From assembly GCF_009914755.1 (NCBI RefSeq), contig NC_060938.1: a DNA stretch of 64,000 bases. One strand, written 5' to 3'. This document shows positions 1 through 13,394 of the stretch, piece after piece (within the stretch, counting starts at the first letter, position 1; every line of letters starts with the position of its first letter). This stretch comes from the human T2T-CHM13v2.0 reference genome, Homo sapiens. The notes below the pieces were generated by a model. The model searched no databases and was not told the origin of the DNA. It worked only from the letters and a program-made list of their open reading frames with translations. Made by a program: the position numbers and the translations under genes.

Positions 1-898
1 AGATGGCATTACAGCTGAAGAAACATTTCTAGCTGGAACTTAAGAACAGAGAAAACAGGACAAAATGGAGAAAGACTGTTGGAAGACCCGACGGGAATGG
101 ATCATAAGGGCTATTCACCTACAAACATACAACTTTCTTCAAGATAAGGGAAGAAGGACCCTGCACATAATGCCGATATCTTAGGACTGCCACTTCCACT
201 GCACATCCAGAGTGCCTGGGGGTGGGGGGTGCAGGGGTGTCTCCACCTCAGTTTCAAAGAGTAGGACCAACACCCAGCAAAGCCTTGGGGGCAAGGCCAC
301 CTGACAGATCCACAGAAGCACAACCTCTACCTGGCAGAGTCACAACATGTGATCCTTGCCTGTAGAGCCACAGATGAAGAACTGCTGCCATAGTGGGTCT
401 TGGAGGAGGCTGGACTGATGTCCCGGTGAGTCTGGAAGGAAAAGCATTGAATCAAAGGGAATTCTTCTCAAGATTTATAACCTCTTAGCCTTTCTAGGTT
501 TTTGGCATTCTTGGGACTTGTGACCTCTCAGCCCTTCCTTCTTTTTCATTTCTCCCTTTTGGAATAGGGGGGTCTATTCTATGCCTGTTCCATCATTGCG
601 TTTTGGAAGCATGTAACTTGTTTGGCTTCACAAGTTCACAGCTGAAGAAAAATTTTACCCCAGAATGAGTCATACTTGGAGTCTCACCCATATCTAACTT
701 AGACAATATTTACATGAGAATTTGGCAGCCCTAATAATATCTACATCATCTACAGGGCCTTTCTTTCTTTGTCTTGAAGACAAGTGTGTGCTCTTTAGAG
801 TTGATGCTGAAATAAGTTAGGACTTTGAGGGCTTTTGGATGAAAGGAATGTTTTCCCTTCATCTGAGAAAAATATGAATTTGGGAGGCTGGGGTGGAA
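1..898 (+). mobile_element. MaLR internal sequence (MLT1A-int-like), 3' part, truncated by window edge
   Basis: Typical MLT/MST-int 3' motifs (GAAGCATGTAACTTGTTTGGCTTCACAAGTTCACAGCTG; GAGTTGATGCTGAAATAAGTTAGGACTTT), ending in a polypurine tract GGGAGGCTGGGGTGGAA that abuts the LTR. Confidence 0.75.
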
Positions 899-1271
899 TG
901 TTATGGACTGAATATCTATGTTCCCAAATTCCTATGTTGAAATCTTCACCCTTACTGTGATGATTTTAGGAGGTGGGGCATTTGGAAGGTAATTAGATCA
1001 TGAGGGTGGGGCCTTCATGAATGGGATTAGTGCCTTTAGAAGAAAACACAGAAGGAAGCTTGCTACTTCTCTTTCTCTGCTTCCTGTCATGTGAGGATAC
1101 AACTAGAATATGACCATCTGCAAACCAGAAACCATATCCTCACCAGACACTGGATTTACTGGTGCCTTGATCTTAGATTTCCTAGTCTCTTGAACTTTGA
1201 GAAAGAAATGTATACTGTTTAAGCCACCAATCTATGGTATTTTCTTTTAGCACCCCAAACTGACTTAAACA
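899..1271 (+). mobile_element. MLT1A/MLT1A0 LTR (3' LTR of the element above)
   Basis: Starts TGTTATGGACTGAAT, contains AGGAGGTGGGGCATTTGGAAGGTAATTAGATCATGAGGGTGG, ends GCACCCCAAACTGACTTAAACA. Confidence 0.85.
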
Positions 1272-2210
1272 GAAGTCTTCTCTTTATTCCATACAGCCTC
1301 AAAGGGATGACTTTCTTGGTTCCTCTCTCTATCTGTGCACCAGGCAGAGTGCTCAGGATTGTTTAGATCTTGGTTTCTGCAGACATTAGCTGTATGAACA
1401 TTGGTATTTTACTTAGTCTGCACACACCTACTTTTTCTTATGTATTGAATAGGGCTGATAATATTTACATAATTTACACTATCTGGAAGATACTCAGTAC
1501 TCAATATATGCTAGTTAATATTATTACAATTGTGACTTCATCAATTTTTTGAATTGAAACATTGTGATTTCTAGTTCATTAGATATGATACTATAAATTT
1601 GTAAATTCAAAGTTGATATAATATCGTACAGACAAATCTACATAGTAACTGAATTCTTCACTATTTTATATTTCTCTTACAACATGGCCACCCTGCAGAA
1701 GGGGGATCCCCTTGATTTTCTAAAGGATGATTTTTGTTTAGTTGGATAGAGATAGCTAATGAGTCACACTGGGGCTAAATTTGACCCGTAAAGATAAAAT
1801 ATCTACTGGAAAATGGATTTAGTTTATCTAATCATAAACCGATTTTGTAAGGAGGGTTTAATATGGAATTCTTGAGTGCAAAATATTTATATCAAACAGT
1901 AGAAAGACTACAAATGTCAGAACACACATTAAAAATATCTGTAAATCAGCATCTTGTGTTAACATACTAACCAAATTAGTGAAAACACATGCATAGAGTA
2001 GCAAAACTGGGAAGCATTCACACAGACAAATTCCTGAAGAAGTATGAGTAATTTGTAAAATATATTCTTATTTAAAGGAGGTTTGAAGATATGAGTAACT
2101 TTTCTTTATTGATAACTCAATTGAGAGTAGCCTTTGAGAATAAGCAGCTTTCAATTTACTTAAAAATTCACCTTCAAAATTAGATAGATTGATGGATGAA
2201 AAGAGATCAA

Positions 2211-2717
2211 TGGGAGGCATAATAATGGACCACATCCTTATTCCTGGAAGCTTTGAATACATTACATTACGTGGCAAAGGAGACTTTGCAGATGTCAATA
2301 ATTCAAGGATTTTAAACTAAGGAAACTATTCTGGGTTATTCTGGGTTCAACATTATCACAAAGGGCCTTAAAAGATGGAAGAATAAGGAAGAAGAGTCAG
2401 AGAAGGAGATCTGGCAAGAGAAGCAAGGGTCAGAGTCAGGAAAGATTTGAAGATGCTACACTGCTAGATTTAAAGATAGAGGAAGACACCACAAGCCAAG
2501 GAATGTGAGTGGCCTCTACAGGCTGGAAAAGACAAGGAAATTAATTCTCTCTCAGGGCCTACAAAAAGGCCTGCCAAAGAAATGCAGACCTGCCAACATC
2601 TTGATTTTAGCCCACTGAAATCCATTTTGAACTTTTGACCTCTAGAACTGTAAATTAATAAATTTGTGCTGTGTTAAGCTGTGGTGATTTGTTATAGCGG
2701 TGATAGAAAAAAATGCA
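2211..2717 (+). mobile_element. MLT1D-like LTR
   Basis: TTACGTGGCAAAGGAGACTTTGCAGATGT; CAAGCCAAGGAATGTGAGTGGCCTCTA; TGACCTCTAGAACTGTAAATTAATAAATTTGTG. Confidence 0.85.
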
Positions 2718-2724
2718 GACTTAA

Positions 2725-2830
2725 ATGATACTCAAATGTTAATTATAGAATAAAAGTTATGGGCATATGGGTAATCACTGTATAATTCTAATTCAGCTGT
2801 ATGTTTAAAAATTGTATAATAAAACATCTA
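2725..2830 (+). mobile_element. Old L1M (L1MC/L1ME-type) 3' UTR end; probably continues left of the MLT1D
   Basis: AAATGTTAATTATAGAAT...GGGCATATGGGTAATCACTGTATAATTCT...GTATGTTTAAAAATTGTATAATAAAA resembles an L1MC4/ME terminus. Confidence 0.55.
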
Positions 2831-2936
2831 GAAAATAAATGAGATTATATCAAAATATATTTAAAAAATAGTGCATTGTGAAAAAATGTATTAAAACTGG
2901 GTTAATCGACAATACTTGATAAAAATTGTTTCATGA

Positions 2937-3308
<372 letters not shown>

Positions 3309-3860
3309 TCAAATTAATTTTTCTAAGTAGCTAAAGTCACATGCATAGTTCAGATTGTTAACACTCAATAAATGCTAAATAGAATATAATGCAATAGAAT
3401 ATACACTCAAAATGGAATTAAATTGCATATCTTATCTGAATTCTGGTGAATTAACCTATGATTATGGATAGTAAAGGTATCATCAGAAGCATGATGTAAG
3501 TATGATTCCTTCTGACTTCCAAATACTAGGTTGAAATTATGAAATCCCACTCCTTTATTACTTTCTGAAAGATTCTCATAGCATTGTCAGTACTAATCAC
3601 TAGTCATTGTATAGCTAGTCACTCTGAGAAATAGAAAGAAGAAATCAAGTTCAGTATCTTTTATTATCTTGATATGGATTTGAGAATTAAGGACACAAAC
3701 CAAAATAAATAGGCTTAATTTGTTGTTTCTATTTTAATAGATGTTAGCATGTTTTATATGCCAATTAGTGCAGTGGGCTTTTTTACATTTTGATATAAAA
3801 AATGCACAAAAAGCTTTGCCCTGATTTCTCCCTGTAAAAATGGAAACGTTAATAGATCTC

Positions 3861-4531
3861 TTTAGCAGATACTTCCAGTGTCCTGCTCATCCCCTTTGGC
3901 ATGTAACCTGACTTTCGCTACCAAAATGAACAATGAGAACACATGGACACAGAGAGGGAAACATCACACACCGGGGCCAGTTGGCGGATTGGGGGCAAGG
4001 GGAGGGAGAGCATTAAGACAAATACCTAATGCATACGAGGCTTAAAACCTAGATGATGGGTTGATAGGTGCAGCAAAACACCATGGCACATGTATACCTA
4101 TATAACAAACCTGCACATTCTGCACATATATCCCAGAACTTAAAGTAAAAAAAAAAAAAAAAGTACAGGTTTTATACCTGAGAGCTTCCTTTAGCCACCA
4201 CTTGGCCTAGGACAGGATTGACTGGGAAGTGCTGGGAACTGAAACTCCCAGGACAAATCATTAACCAGTAACATCGGAAGTTGGTGGATAATAGCCTAGC
4301 TCCCTGATCCCTCAAATGGGATAACTGCAACATGGTTGGTTCAGAATACCTAAATTTTCCATTGAGTTGAAGCTCCAACTATCTGCAGTGGTAATGTCCT
4401 TGAGAAAGCCTCCTTGATTGGCTTCATCTCATTCTCTGTCTCATTTCTCCAAACCCTTACTGATGATTTTCTTGGATTACCTCCCAAATAAACTCAGAAT
4501 CCCCCTGCTTTGAGAAAATTCAAACTAAAAA
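3861..4531 (+). mobile_element. LTR16C-like ERVL LTR, interrupted by an L1PA 3' end
   Basis: TAGCAGATAC start; GGAAGTTGGTGGATAATAGCCTAGCTCCC; ATTACCTCCCAAATAAAC; end CAAACTAAAA. Confidence 0.7.
3927..4162 (+). mobile_element. L1PA7/8-like 5'-truncated 3' end with poly-A
   Basis: TGAACAATGAGAACACATGGACACAG...GCTTAAAACCTAGATGATGGGTTGATAGGTGCAGCAAA...CCCAGAACTTAAAGT followed by an A-tail. Confidence 0.93.
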
Positions 4532-5156
4532 GTCCCCCACCCTCAGAAAGGGAATAAAGAAATACAAACCATATTTATAAAAGTCCTCAAAAGATTTTTA
4601 ATATACTAATACACTCTTTTGGAAAAACTTTTTTAATTGCCTAAGATTTTACTGTCTGCAAAACCAAATATCACACAAATACTTATATTTTGATCCAATG
4701 AAACCGAGTTCTAAAGCCACCATTTTGTGTGGGTGTTCAAACATCTGTCATCAGCAAAACAAAACAAACAAAAATTTAAAAACTTTTTAATGTCTACCTT
4801 CATTTGGACAATGGAGCACATGGCTTTAGGCATAGTTCAGTGGGAGAGTTAACTGTGACAACTCATGCATCTTATCTTAGTGATTACAGGTAACAGTGTT
4901 AGAAATTTCACACCCACCATCTACCATATCAGTGAGGTTTTCTTTTTCTCTATGTACCTTGGCTTGGCACAGATGACATCGAGTGGGACTGAGAGGTTTG
5001 GTCCAGCTGAGACTGATTCTCCTAAGTAGTGTTTATTGCAGTGCAGATGGGAATTCTGATGTGTCTATGTCTCTGCTGCGTGGCCTGTTTCATACAGATG
5101 GAAACTGAAGAATCAGGATAATTGAACTGCATGGCTCTTTTCAGCTTCTGTGATAT

Positions 5157-5310
5157 AGGAGAGGAGGGAAGGAAAGGAAGGAAGGGAAGGAAGGAAGGAA
5201 GGAAGGAAGGGGAAGGGAAGGGAAGGAGGGAGGGAGGGAGGAAGGAAGGGAAGAAAGAAAAGAGGGAGGGAGACAGGGAGGGAGGGAGGGAGGAAAGAAA
5301 GATAAAAAAA
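5157..5310 (+). repeat. Purine-rich GGAA/GGAG/GGGAA low-complexity tract
   Basis: Directly visible; explains the spurious ORFs 5113-5313 and 5122-5373. Confidence 0.95.
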
Positions 5311-5896
5311 CACTTGAAAATATACTTAATTTTTATATTACTTTCTATTATCTTAGAAAGCTTTCAGCAGTAGGAAATAAAAGCTTAAAAAGTATTGAAT
5401 TTCATCAATGGTTAATATGAACCTAGAAATGACTTTTATTCCTGTATCACAGATTACAGAGGCTTGTCCATGAATGGAGAACAGTCCTATCCTTTATTAG
5501 AGGGTGAGAGGGCTCCTGATGCTGTGTTCTGTCAGAAAAATGCTGAAGTGGATAGACACACAGGTCATGAAATCAGCTTATTCTTTATATACAGGAAATA
5601 GTCATTGGGCCTGAAGGATATCACTCATTGACCCACTATATTTCTTCAGATACATCTTTGACTTACTTTCTGGCTTTAAATACATGAGAGTGACACAGTA
5701 TCAGGCTTTAGAGTCTTAATAAACATTGATTATTTTGGCCTTGCTAGGCATTCCCTTTTTCTCTGATAAGAGGAAACCAGCTTTCATTTGGGAGATTTTT
5801 CTAATTTCCTTATATCATTATTGTGTGCTGAACTGATGGAATTTGCAGTTTAAAAGCGTTCATTCACCTGTGGTTGGACAACGTAGGCTGATTCCA

Positions 5897-6466
5897 TATT
5901 CGCAGTAGCCAAGATATGGAATCAACCTAAGTGCCCAACTACGGATAAAGAAAATGTGCTATATATACACAGTAGAATACTATTTATTCATGAAAAGAAT
6001 GAAATCCTGTCATCTCCAACAACATGGATGAACCTGCAGGACATTATGTGAAGTGAAATAAGTCACACATAGAAAGGCAAACATCACGTGATCTCACCGC
6101 ATATGTGGAATCTTAAAAAATCAACCTCATAGAAGTAGCAAATAGAAAGGTGGTTACCAGAGGCTGGGGAAAGGAGGGGAGGGCCATGGCGAGTCAGTCA
6201 ATGGGTACAAAGTTACAGTTAGAAAGGAAGAATAAGTTCTGGTGTTTATTGCACAGTAGGGTGACAGTAGTTAACAGTAAGGTATTGTAGCTCTCAAAAT
6301 AGCTAGAAGAGAGAATTTTCAATGTTCCCATCACACACAAAAAAAGAGAGGTGATGGATATGCCTATTGACCTGATTTGATCATTACATGGTGTATACAT
6401 GTTGAACATCACATCGTACCTCATAAGTATGTATCATTATGTGTCAATTAAAAATAAAAATTAAAA
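5897..6466 (+). mobile_element. L1MA (MA4-MA6-like) 3' end
   Basis: AGCCAAGATATGGAATCAACCTAAGTG; GGGTACAAAGTTACAGTTAGAAAGGAAGAATAAGTTCTGG; ends TATGTGTCAATTAAAAATAAAA. Confidence 0.9.
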
Positions 6467-6939
6467 CATGCTTAAAAGTGTGTATTTTAAAAAATCCATC
6501 CTCTTCTTCCCTCCCTACACTTCCCTAGCCAAGTGCATGACCCAAACAAGATCACCAATGGATTCTGCTGAAGTAATGTCTTCACCAGTCTTCACTAGCT
6601 CATGTCCTAGCCCCTGCTAGCCCTGGCTTCTGTAATTCCCATGCCTGTTTTATTTCAATTTTGCAAGTTAACCATTATTCTTCCCACACATTGATCAGAT
6701 CATCAGAGTCTATTTATGTCTCTTGAAAACGGTAAGTCCTATCTCTCATTAAGGTGTTTTTTTTTTTCTAATATGCGACCTGATGTTTCCTTTTATTTGG
6801 CCAGTAATTTGGTTTTAAAAACATTTTTTACTTTATTCTTGTTTTTGTGTTACAGGTAAATATCTTCTAATTTTTCCTCATATTTAAAAAAAAGATGAAA
6901 AGTAAATGAATAGTTGCTCTTTGCCAAGAGCTGTAGTCA

Positions 6940-7105
6940 TTTATTTATATGTTATTTATATATATTTATATATGTTGTTTTAATATAAAATATATATTAA
7001 TATGAAACATTTTAATGTATATATTTACGTATTTTAATATCAAATATTTTTAATACAAAAATATATAATATATGTGTTATATATATATATGAAATATATA
7101 TATAA
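6940..7105. repeat. AT-rich/(TA)n low complexity
   Basis: Directly visible. Confidence 0.85.
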
Positions 7106-7404
7106 GTTCCTTTGGTCTTCTCCAAACCTAAATTGATGTATAATATTTTGTTTTAACATGTTTTTCTTATTTTATTTTTATTTCTTATTTTATTCTTATT
7201 ATTCTCTTAATAAAAGGCTAAGTACAAAGCGTAAACTAGAGAAATAGTTAAAGGCACAGAAAATACATAAGGTATAATCAACATATATGTATTTGTATTT
7301 ATATTCATTTATTTCAGTACTTTCTGTGTTCTGAACATTCAAACATGGCAAAAACTAAAGATATTGTCTGCATTACTTAAATTAATATTAATTTACCTTA
7401 CTCT

Positions 7405-7525
7405 CCAGATCAATAAACTGATACTCAGATACAGTATGTAGTTTGTCTAAGGCCATCTATGTCATATAGAGACCAAATAGCAGAGTGAGAATTTGAACCC
7501 AGGTCTATAGGACTACAAAACCAGT
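7405..7525 (-). mobile_element. MIR fragment
   Basis: AAACTGATACTCAGA...TTGTCTAAGGCCA...GCAGAGTGAGAATTTGAACCCAGGTCT matches the antisense MIR core. Confidence 0.65.
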
Positions 7526-8537
7526 CACAGGTCTATCTAGTTCTTACAAAAGAACCTTCTGTAAAGGGCAGTATTCTGGAGATATTTATTACCTTTGGAT
7601 GTGCTCATGAGACATATTAAAATATGTCTAATTTTCATTATAGAACTATTTAAGCTTAAGAAAAACAGGAAAGAAAAAAACTGTTTATAAATTCTCAATG
7701 ACCTTTAAAGCAGAAACAGCTGCTGGGTTACATTGATCTTGAGTGACTACAGGCAGCTCTCTCAGGTGGACGGACATTAGATTGCACATGCATTGTCATC
7801 TCACCCTTTGAAAGAGCATGAAGAAAGCTGTAGGAAATAATTTATTTCATTTTCAATACAAATAAATGTCATAATGCAATATTTAATGACAGCCTTGATT
7901 GCATTCACTGATAAACCTGGTTCCTGAATTTCTATTAATAGTTACAAATGACTCCAATGAAACTTTGTCCAGGTCCTCACCTTTGAATACTGTTTTTGAA
8001 ATAATACATGGATACATTTTGAGGACATCCACCCATATACCCCTAATGTTGACTTAAATCATTTTAATATACTGTTATACAAACAAATGTAGAGATGCAT
8101 CTAGTTTTAAATGTCTTATGCTTATCATTCTTATGTAACCAAAAAACAAAGAAATATATAAACATTAACTCCAAGCCAACCTACAAAATCAACACTTTTC
8201 AAATTAATAACATTAATGTAATTCAAGGGATCGTATAGTTTTAGAGAATTTAAATTGCTGCCCAAGTGTGACTATGATAATATTGTAGTTAGACGGAATT
8301 TTGAGTTTGTTTTGTGTTTACCACTTAGCACTGTGTGGGCATAACACAGATTTTTCATCACTTAAAAAAAAATTAAATTTCTAGGAAACTTCAATTCAAA
8401 TATGGTATGAAGTCATATATTCTATCACTTTTCAATATATATCATGAATATAAGTCTGCTTTTAAATTGATTAATTTGCCTTCTATAATTTGATGGAACC
8501 ATTTAGCACCAACAATATTTTTAATAATGAGACGCAA

Positions 8538-9032
8538 TGTGTTAGTTTCAGTTTTCCCAAAGCAGACTGATAAAGGCTAACATATTAATGGCTTATTCAG
8601 AAAAATGATTTCAGAGAACCAGATTAAAAGGTGTTGGAGCAAACAGGACAAGACAAGAAGTTCATTCAAAAATGTGTTACTGATTGGCCACCTCAAGAGA
8701 AGATAATTTGGTTAGCCCAAGAAAGTTTCTAAGAAGCCTTCTGGTATGTCTCAGAACCACCCACCACAGAAGTAAAAAGGAAAATCATTTATCTGTTGGT
8801 TCAGTCTCCAACACATAAGTGCTGCACATGCGTGATTGCCAAATTCTTCATGAGGAACACCCTGTGTCAGAGGAGCTCTGGGCAGCAAGTCAGAGGACCT
8901 GCTGTGCATTGTCAAGACACTGTCAGATCACACTTGTGCCAAGCTGCACAAAGCCTCCATGGAATTATGCATAACAGCAATGGCTGAAATAAGATATAAG
9001 GCCAAGAAGATTTGAAGCCATACACAACAGAG
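8538..9032 (-). mobile_element. LTR16A-like ERVL LTR
   Basis: Begins TGTGTTAGTTTCAGTTTTCCCAAAGCAGAC (reverse of an LTR16 end); CAGCAATGGCTGAAATAAGA...GCCAAGAAGATTTGAAG near the other end. Confidence 0.6.
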
Positions 9033-9782
9033 TTTTGCATTCACTCAGTCACTGAAACATTAAATAACCTGTAATATTATATGTTTATATGATTAAATCA
9101 GTCAGGAGACATTAAAATTTTTTTTTCAGACAGCACACATGGACACCCTGTTGAGAAACATTCTTGGTATAGCTTATTCATGGGTGTTTCAAATGATCAC
9201 TCTATCATTTTAACTGTAATTCTAGGATTATCTGTACTACAGTTACTTTGTAGACATTTTTCAATGCAAACTCTCAAAAACTACAAAATTTTTTTCTAAG
9301 TAGCTCATTCTTTTAACTAAATTTCATGTATTTTGTCAAATTATCTTTTGTGTGTTGTGCTATACTCTGAGAATTCAAAAAGTGATCAAGTAACAAACAA
9401 TAGAGTGTCCCACAATTTTATTGGAAAGACAAGCACCTACATCAAAAATTGTAATTGGAACTAATAGGATTCTATAGTTGACACATGTTCAAAGTTGTTA
9501 TGAGACCATAATATTTGTTTTCTACATATAAAGAGTGTATTTCAGATATATAATTGGCCTTAAAAGATAAGTGGGTTTATTTCAAATATATTACAACAAC
9601 AACCTAGATGTGCTACCCTTGGGAAAATAATATAAATTTGCATGGTTAATCAAGGTTGAAATTTTTATTTGTGGCCCCTGAAGTAGTGAGAGGGAGAAAG
9701 TATTCCCTTGACCTAATTAGCATAATAAGTCCAGGCATGCTACATATGGTTAGGGCAGGGAAACCTCTTCTTAGCTCAAGAT

Positions 9783-10168
9783 TTAGTCCACTTGGTGTTG
9801 CTATAACAAAATGGCACCAACTTGGCAATTTACAGAGAAAAGAAATGTACTTTTTATAGTTTGGGAGGCTGGTAAATTCAGTTATCAAGCTACCGGCATC
9901 TGGTGAGGGCCTTCCTGCTGTGTCATCCCACCGCAGAAGGTAGAAGGGCAGGAGGGAGAGCAAAAGTTAAAGAGGCTAAACTCATTTTTATAACAAGCCC
10001 ATCTTGAAGATAACTAACTCATTTCCACAATGATGACATTAATTTAATCATGATGGTGGAATCCTCATGACCTAATCACCTCTTTTTAGGCCCCACCCAT
10101 TGACACTGCTGCATTGGGGTTTAACTTTTCTATGCATGAATTTTGAGAGACACATTCAAACCATCACA
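9783..10168 (-). mobile_element. MST-family (MSTC/MSTD-like) MaLR LTR
   Basis: TTAGTCCACTTGGTGTTGCTATAACAAAAT; GGCATCTGGTGAGGGCCTTCCTGCTGTGTCATCCCA; ends GACACATTCAAACCATCACA. Confidence 0.85.
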
Positions 10169-10448
10169 GCTCAATGCAAGTTAAATTAGATCACGAGAAA
10201 TGGCATTGTAAGCTTTTAAACTCATGCTTTATCCATATTTTCCACATAAAATTAGATGAGCTTGAAAAAAGAGACTCTGAATTTTTGCCGGAATCATTGT
10301 TTTCTGACATTTTTAACCAGATAAGTGTCATTCTAGATTTCTAGTATTAAAACCACTTTCAGTAAAATGAGTTAATAATATTGCTTCTCTACCAAATTAA
10401 AAAGATATTTTCTACCATAGTTATGTTTGACCTTGCCAAAATATAAAT

Positions 10449-10452
<4 letters not shown>

Positions 10453-10479
<27 letters not shown>
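10453..10479 (+). repeat. (CA)n microsatellite
   Basis: Directly visible. Confidence 0.97.
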
Positions 10480-11131
10480 ATAATACAAATACATATGTAT
10501 AGCTATATGTATAAATATATATGGTTGCAGGGAAGTATTTCCAAGCAGTAATGAGTATTAAGAATAAAAGTGCTTTTTGGCATCTAATATTTTGCAATAA
10601 TTTCAAAAAAAAAATCAATGAAACATTCTGCCTCCTGGCAACATTAAAGACTAAATCCAAAGCCTAATGAAGCATAATATTATTGAATAAATTACTTCTA
10701 TTTGTGTTTTCTTTAATATGGCTCTGACAGCCAACTTCTTTCAAATATAGCCATTTGTTCTCACTATGTTACTTTCTACAAATAATAGGGTGTTATTGCT
10801 ATCACTCTTGTGCTTCTTTGGTGGCATTTTTGATGCATGTAAAATAGTCTTGATCAGAATAAACTTCTAAGACATATGTCTTAATTACAGAAATATTAAA
10901 CTCATTAAATTGCAAAACATTTTATGATTTCTGAGGTGAGAATACTGAAGCCATTGAAATGTGGCTTTATATGTCAATGTTGCCCATCTCTGTTTCAATA
11001 ATTTAAAGGCTGCAATGATTTAACTTATTTTCAGGTAATGCAATTTATTTGTGTATTCACTTCCATCTTTGCCTAAATTGAAACAAAACAAAACAAACAT
11101 AAAACAAAAATAATTACCCTTTAATGCATCC

Positions 11132-11498
11132 TGTCTTAGTCTGTTGGGCTGGCATAACAAAACCCCATTAGGCTCGCTGGCTTAAACAACAGAAATTTAC
11201 TTTCTCACACTTCTGAGAGCTGGAAAGTCCACGATTAAAGTACCAGCTGATTTTATTTCTGGCCAGGGTTCTCCTACTGGCTTGCAGATGGCTGCCTTCT
11301 TGTGTACTCACATGCCAGAGAGGGAGAGGTCTGGTGTCTCTTCCGATTCTTACAAGGGCACCAGCTTCATCAAGTTAGGACCTGACCTTTATGACCTCAT
11401 TTAACCCTTATCGCTTCCTCCCTTTCTCCAAACACAATCACACCTGGGATTAGGGCTTCATCATAAAAATTTCAGGGGGCATAATTCAGTCTCTAGAA
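11132..11498 (-). mobile_element. MLT1A0-like LTR
   Basis: TGTCTTAGTCTGTTGGGCTGGCATAACAAAA...GGCTTAAACAACAGAAATTTA...GGCTTGCAGATGGCTGCCTTCT. Confidence 0.85.
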
Positions 11499-11679
11499 CT
11501 TTCTTAAGTCTGAAATTTATTTTTAATAAACTCTGCAATGCTTACCTCCTATTCCACATAGTCCACGGCCATTGTGACCTCTTCCCTCTTCTCTAGAAAA
11601 CTTTGTTTTAATAATAATTCATCTTGTGGAAGATAAAGATTTTGATAATAGTTAGGAAAATGCACCTGAATAGCTACGA

Positions 11680-11830
11680 TTTATTTAGCAACTATATATA
11701 ATATGGCAATTACCCTGTGTCCATTGCCTCATTCAAACCTCGTTGCTTCTCTATGACATATATTTTATTCTGTACATTTTCCAAATGAAGGACCTGAGGC
11801 ATATAGAGGTTATTGACTTTTGCATAATCT
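11680..11830 (-). mobile_element. MIR fragment
   Basis: CTCATTCAAACCTC...CATTTTCCAAATGAAGGACCTGAGGCATATAGAGGTTA. Confidence 0.6.
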
Positions 11831-12994
11831 GAATCACTCTTCCAGTGATCTTTCCTCATTATTTATTTCTAACATGTTAAAAACAACGAGAGCTCTCAAC
11901 AATGTTTACAACTCTCTTGGGGGAAATTATCTGCCATATTGTTACATTTTTCACTTTCAAACTGATGCTACCAGTGTGATCATAGTCCATTTTAAAGATG
12001 CGAATATGTATTATATCTTCAATATGGAAGTTTTAGAGATCCTTTTTTGTATTATTTTAGTTATTTAGTATATATAAAGAAAGTGAGAGAGAGGTGGGTG
12101 ATATTTGACCGTCTTCTATTAAAACATATGTCTATGTCTAAAGTTTAAAAACTCTGACCTTGAACTTTCTCCCAAGAGGCTTTGGTTTCCAGGAATATGC
12201 TTCTGACGGTTCCGCTTATGATGTGGTGAAGTTGAATCATTTTCAGCATCAATATGTGCCCTGAGATAAATGGCTTTTCTTTGTTTTAAGACAGTAGAAC
12301 ATGGCTTGTTGGTTATTATTTCTTTTGGTGAAATTTTTTTTTTCTATTCACTGGCACTTCTCCAGTGATTCATCCTTCAGGAAAAGAAAACTTGCCAACT
12401 CATTTTTGATCCCTGTAGTTTCTACTTTCACTCCCAAATATAACAGTTGACAACTTACATTGGACAATTGTACATCCATAGGATACCGAGGCTTGGAACC
12501 CACACCTCAGTAGAAAAATCAAGCAAAAACTTTTCAGTGTAGGTGGGATTAATCACAAATGAAAATGCAAGTTTTGAAATGAGTCACCATGACATTTAGA
12601 CCCATCTTGGTACAAAATAAGGTAAAAATAAAAATGCAATAATTTTAGTACCAAAAAAAGAAAAAATAGATGCTACCTACTAATTTATAAAAATTGACTA
12701 CTTTTCTCATTTTCCAGAATTCAATTATCTTGAAACTTTAGGGCTCTTTTCCTCTCAACATAAATCTTGTGATACACTATGAAAATCCTGTAATGAGTTG
12801 AAATACAATTTTCTAAAAAGCTGGATGCATAAAGTTAAGTATTTTCTAGTGCAATGATTAGACTTGGTTCCTAGTAATGAAGTGACCTTGCCTATTGGCT
12901 TTGGTCTACATGCCCAGGACAAAACAACAACAACAACAACAGAAACAAAACAAGGAAACATAAACAGAATAGAAACCGCTGTATCTCAATAGCC

Positions 12995-13394
12995 GCATCA
13001 ATCTGCTCGAGCTGACATAACAAAATTCTTCAGACTGAGTGGCTGAGACAACCGAAATGTATTTTCTCACAGTCCCAGAGACTAGAAGTCCAAGATCAAG
13101 GTGCCAGCATGGTTAATGTCTGGGGAGGTCTCCTCCACAGGGTTGCAGATGGCTGCCTTCTTGCTGTGTGCTCCTGTGACCTCTTCTTTGTGCTGTAAAA
13201 GAGAGCAAGCAAGTGAGCTCTCTGGTATCTCTTCTTACAAGGACTCTAATTCTATCAGATCACAGTCCTGCCCTTATGACCCCACTTAACATTAATTACA
13301 TCATTAGAGGTGCCCTCTCCAAATACAGTCACACTAGGAGTTAGAATCTGAACATATAAATTTGCGGGGAAACAAATATCGAGTCTGCAGCAAC
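12995..13394 (-). mobile_element. MLT1A-like LTR
   Basis: AGAAGTCCAAGATCAAGGTGCCAGCATGGTT; TTGCAGATGGCTGCCTTCTTGCTGTGT; CTCCAAATACAGTCACACT. Confidence 0.85.
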
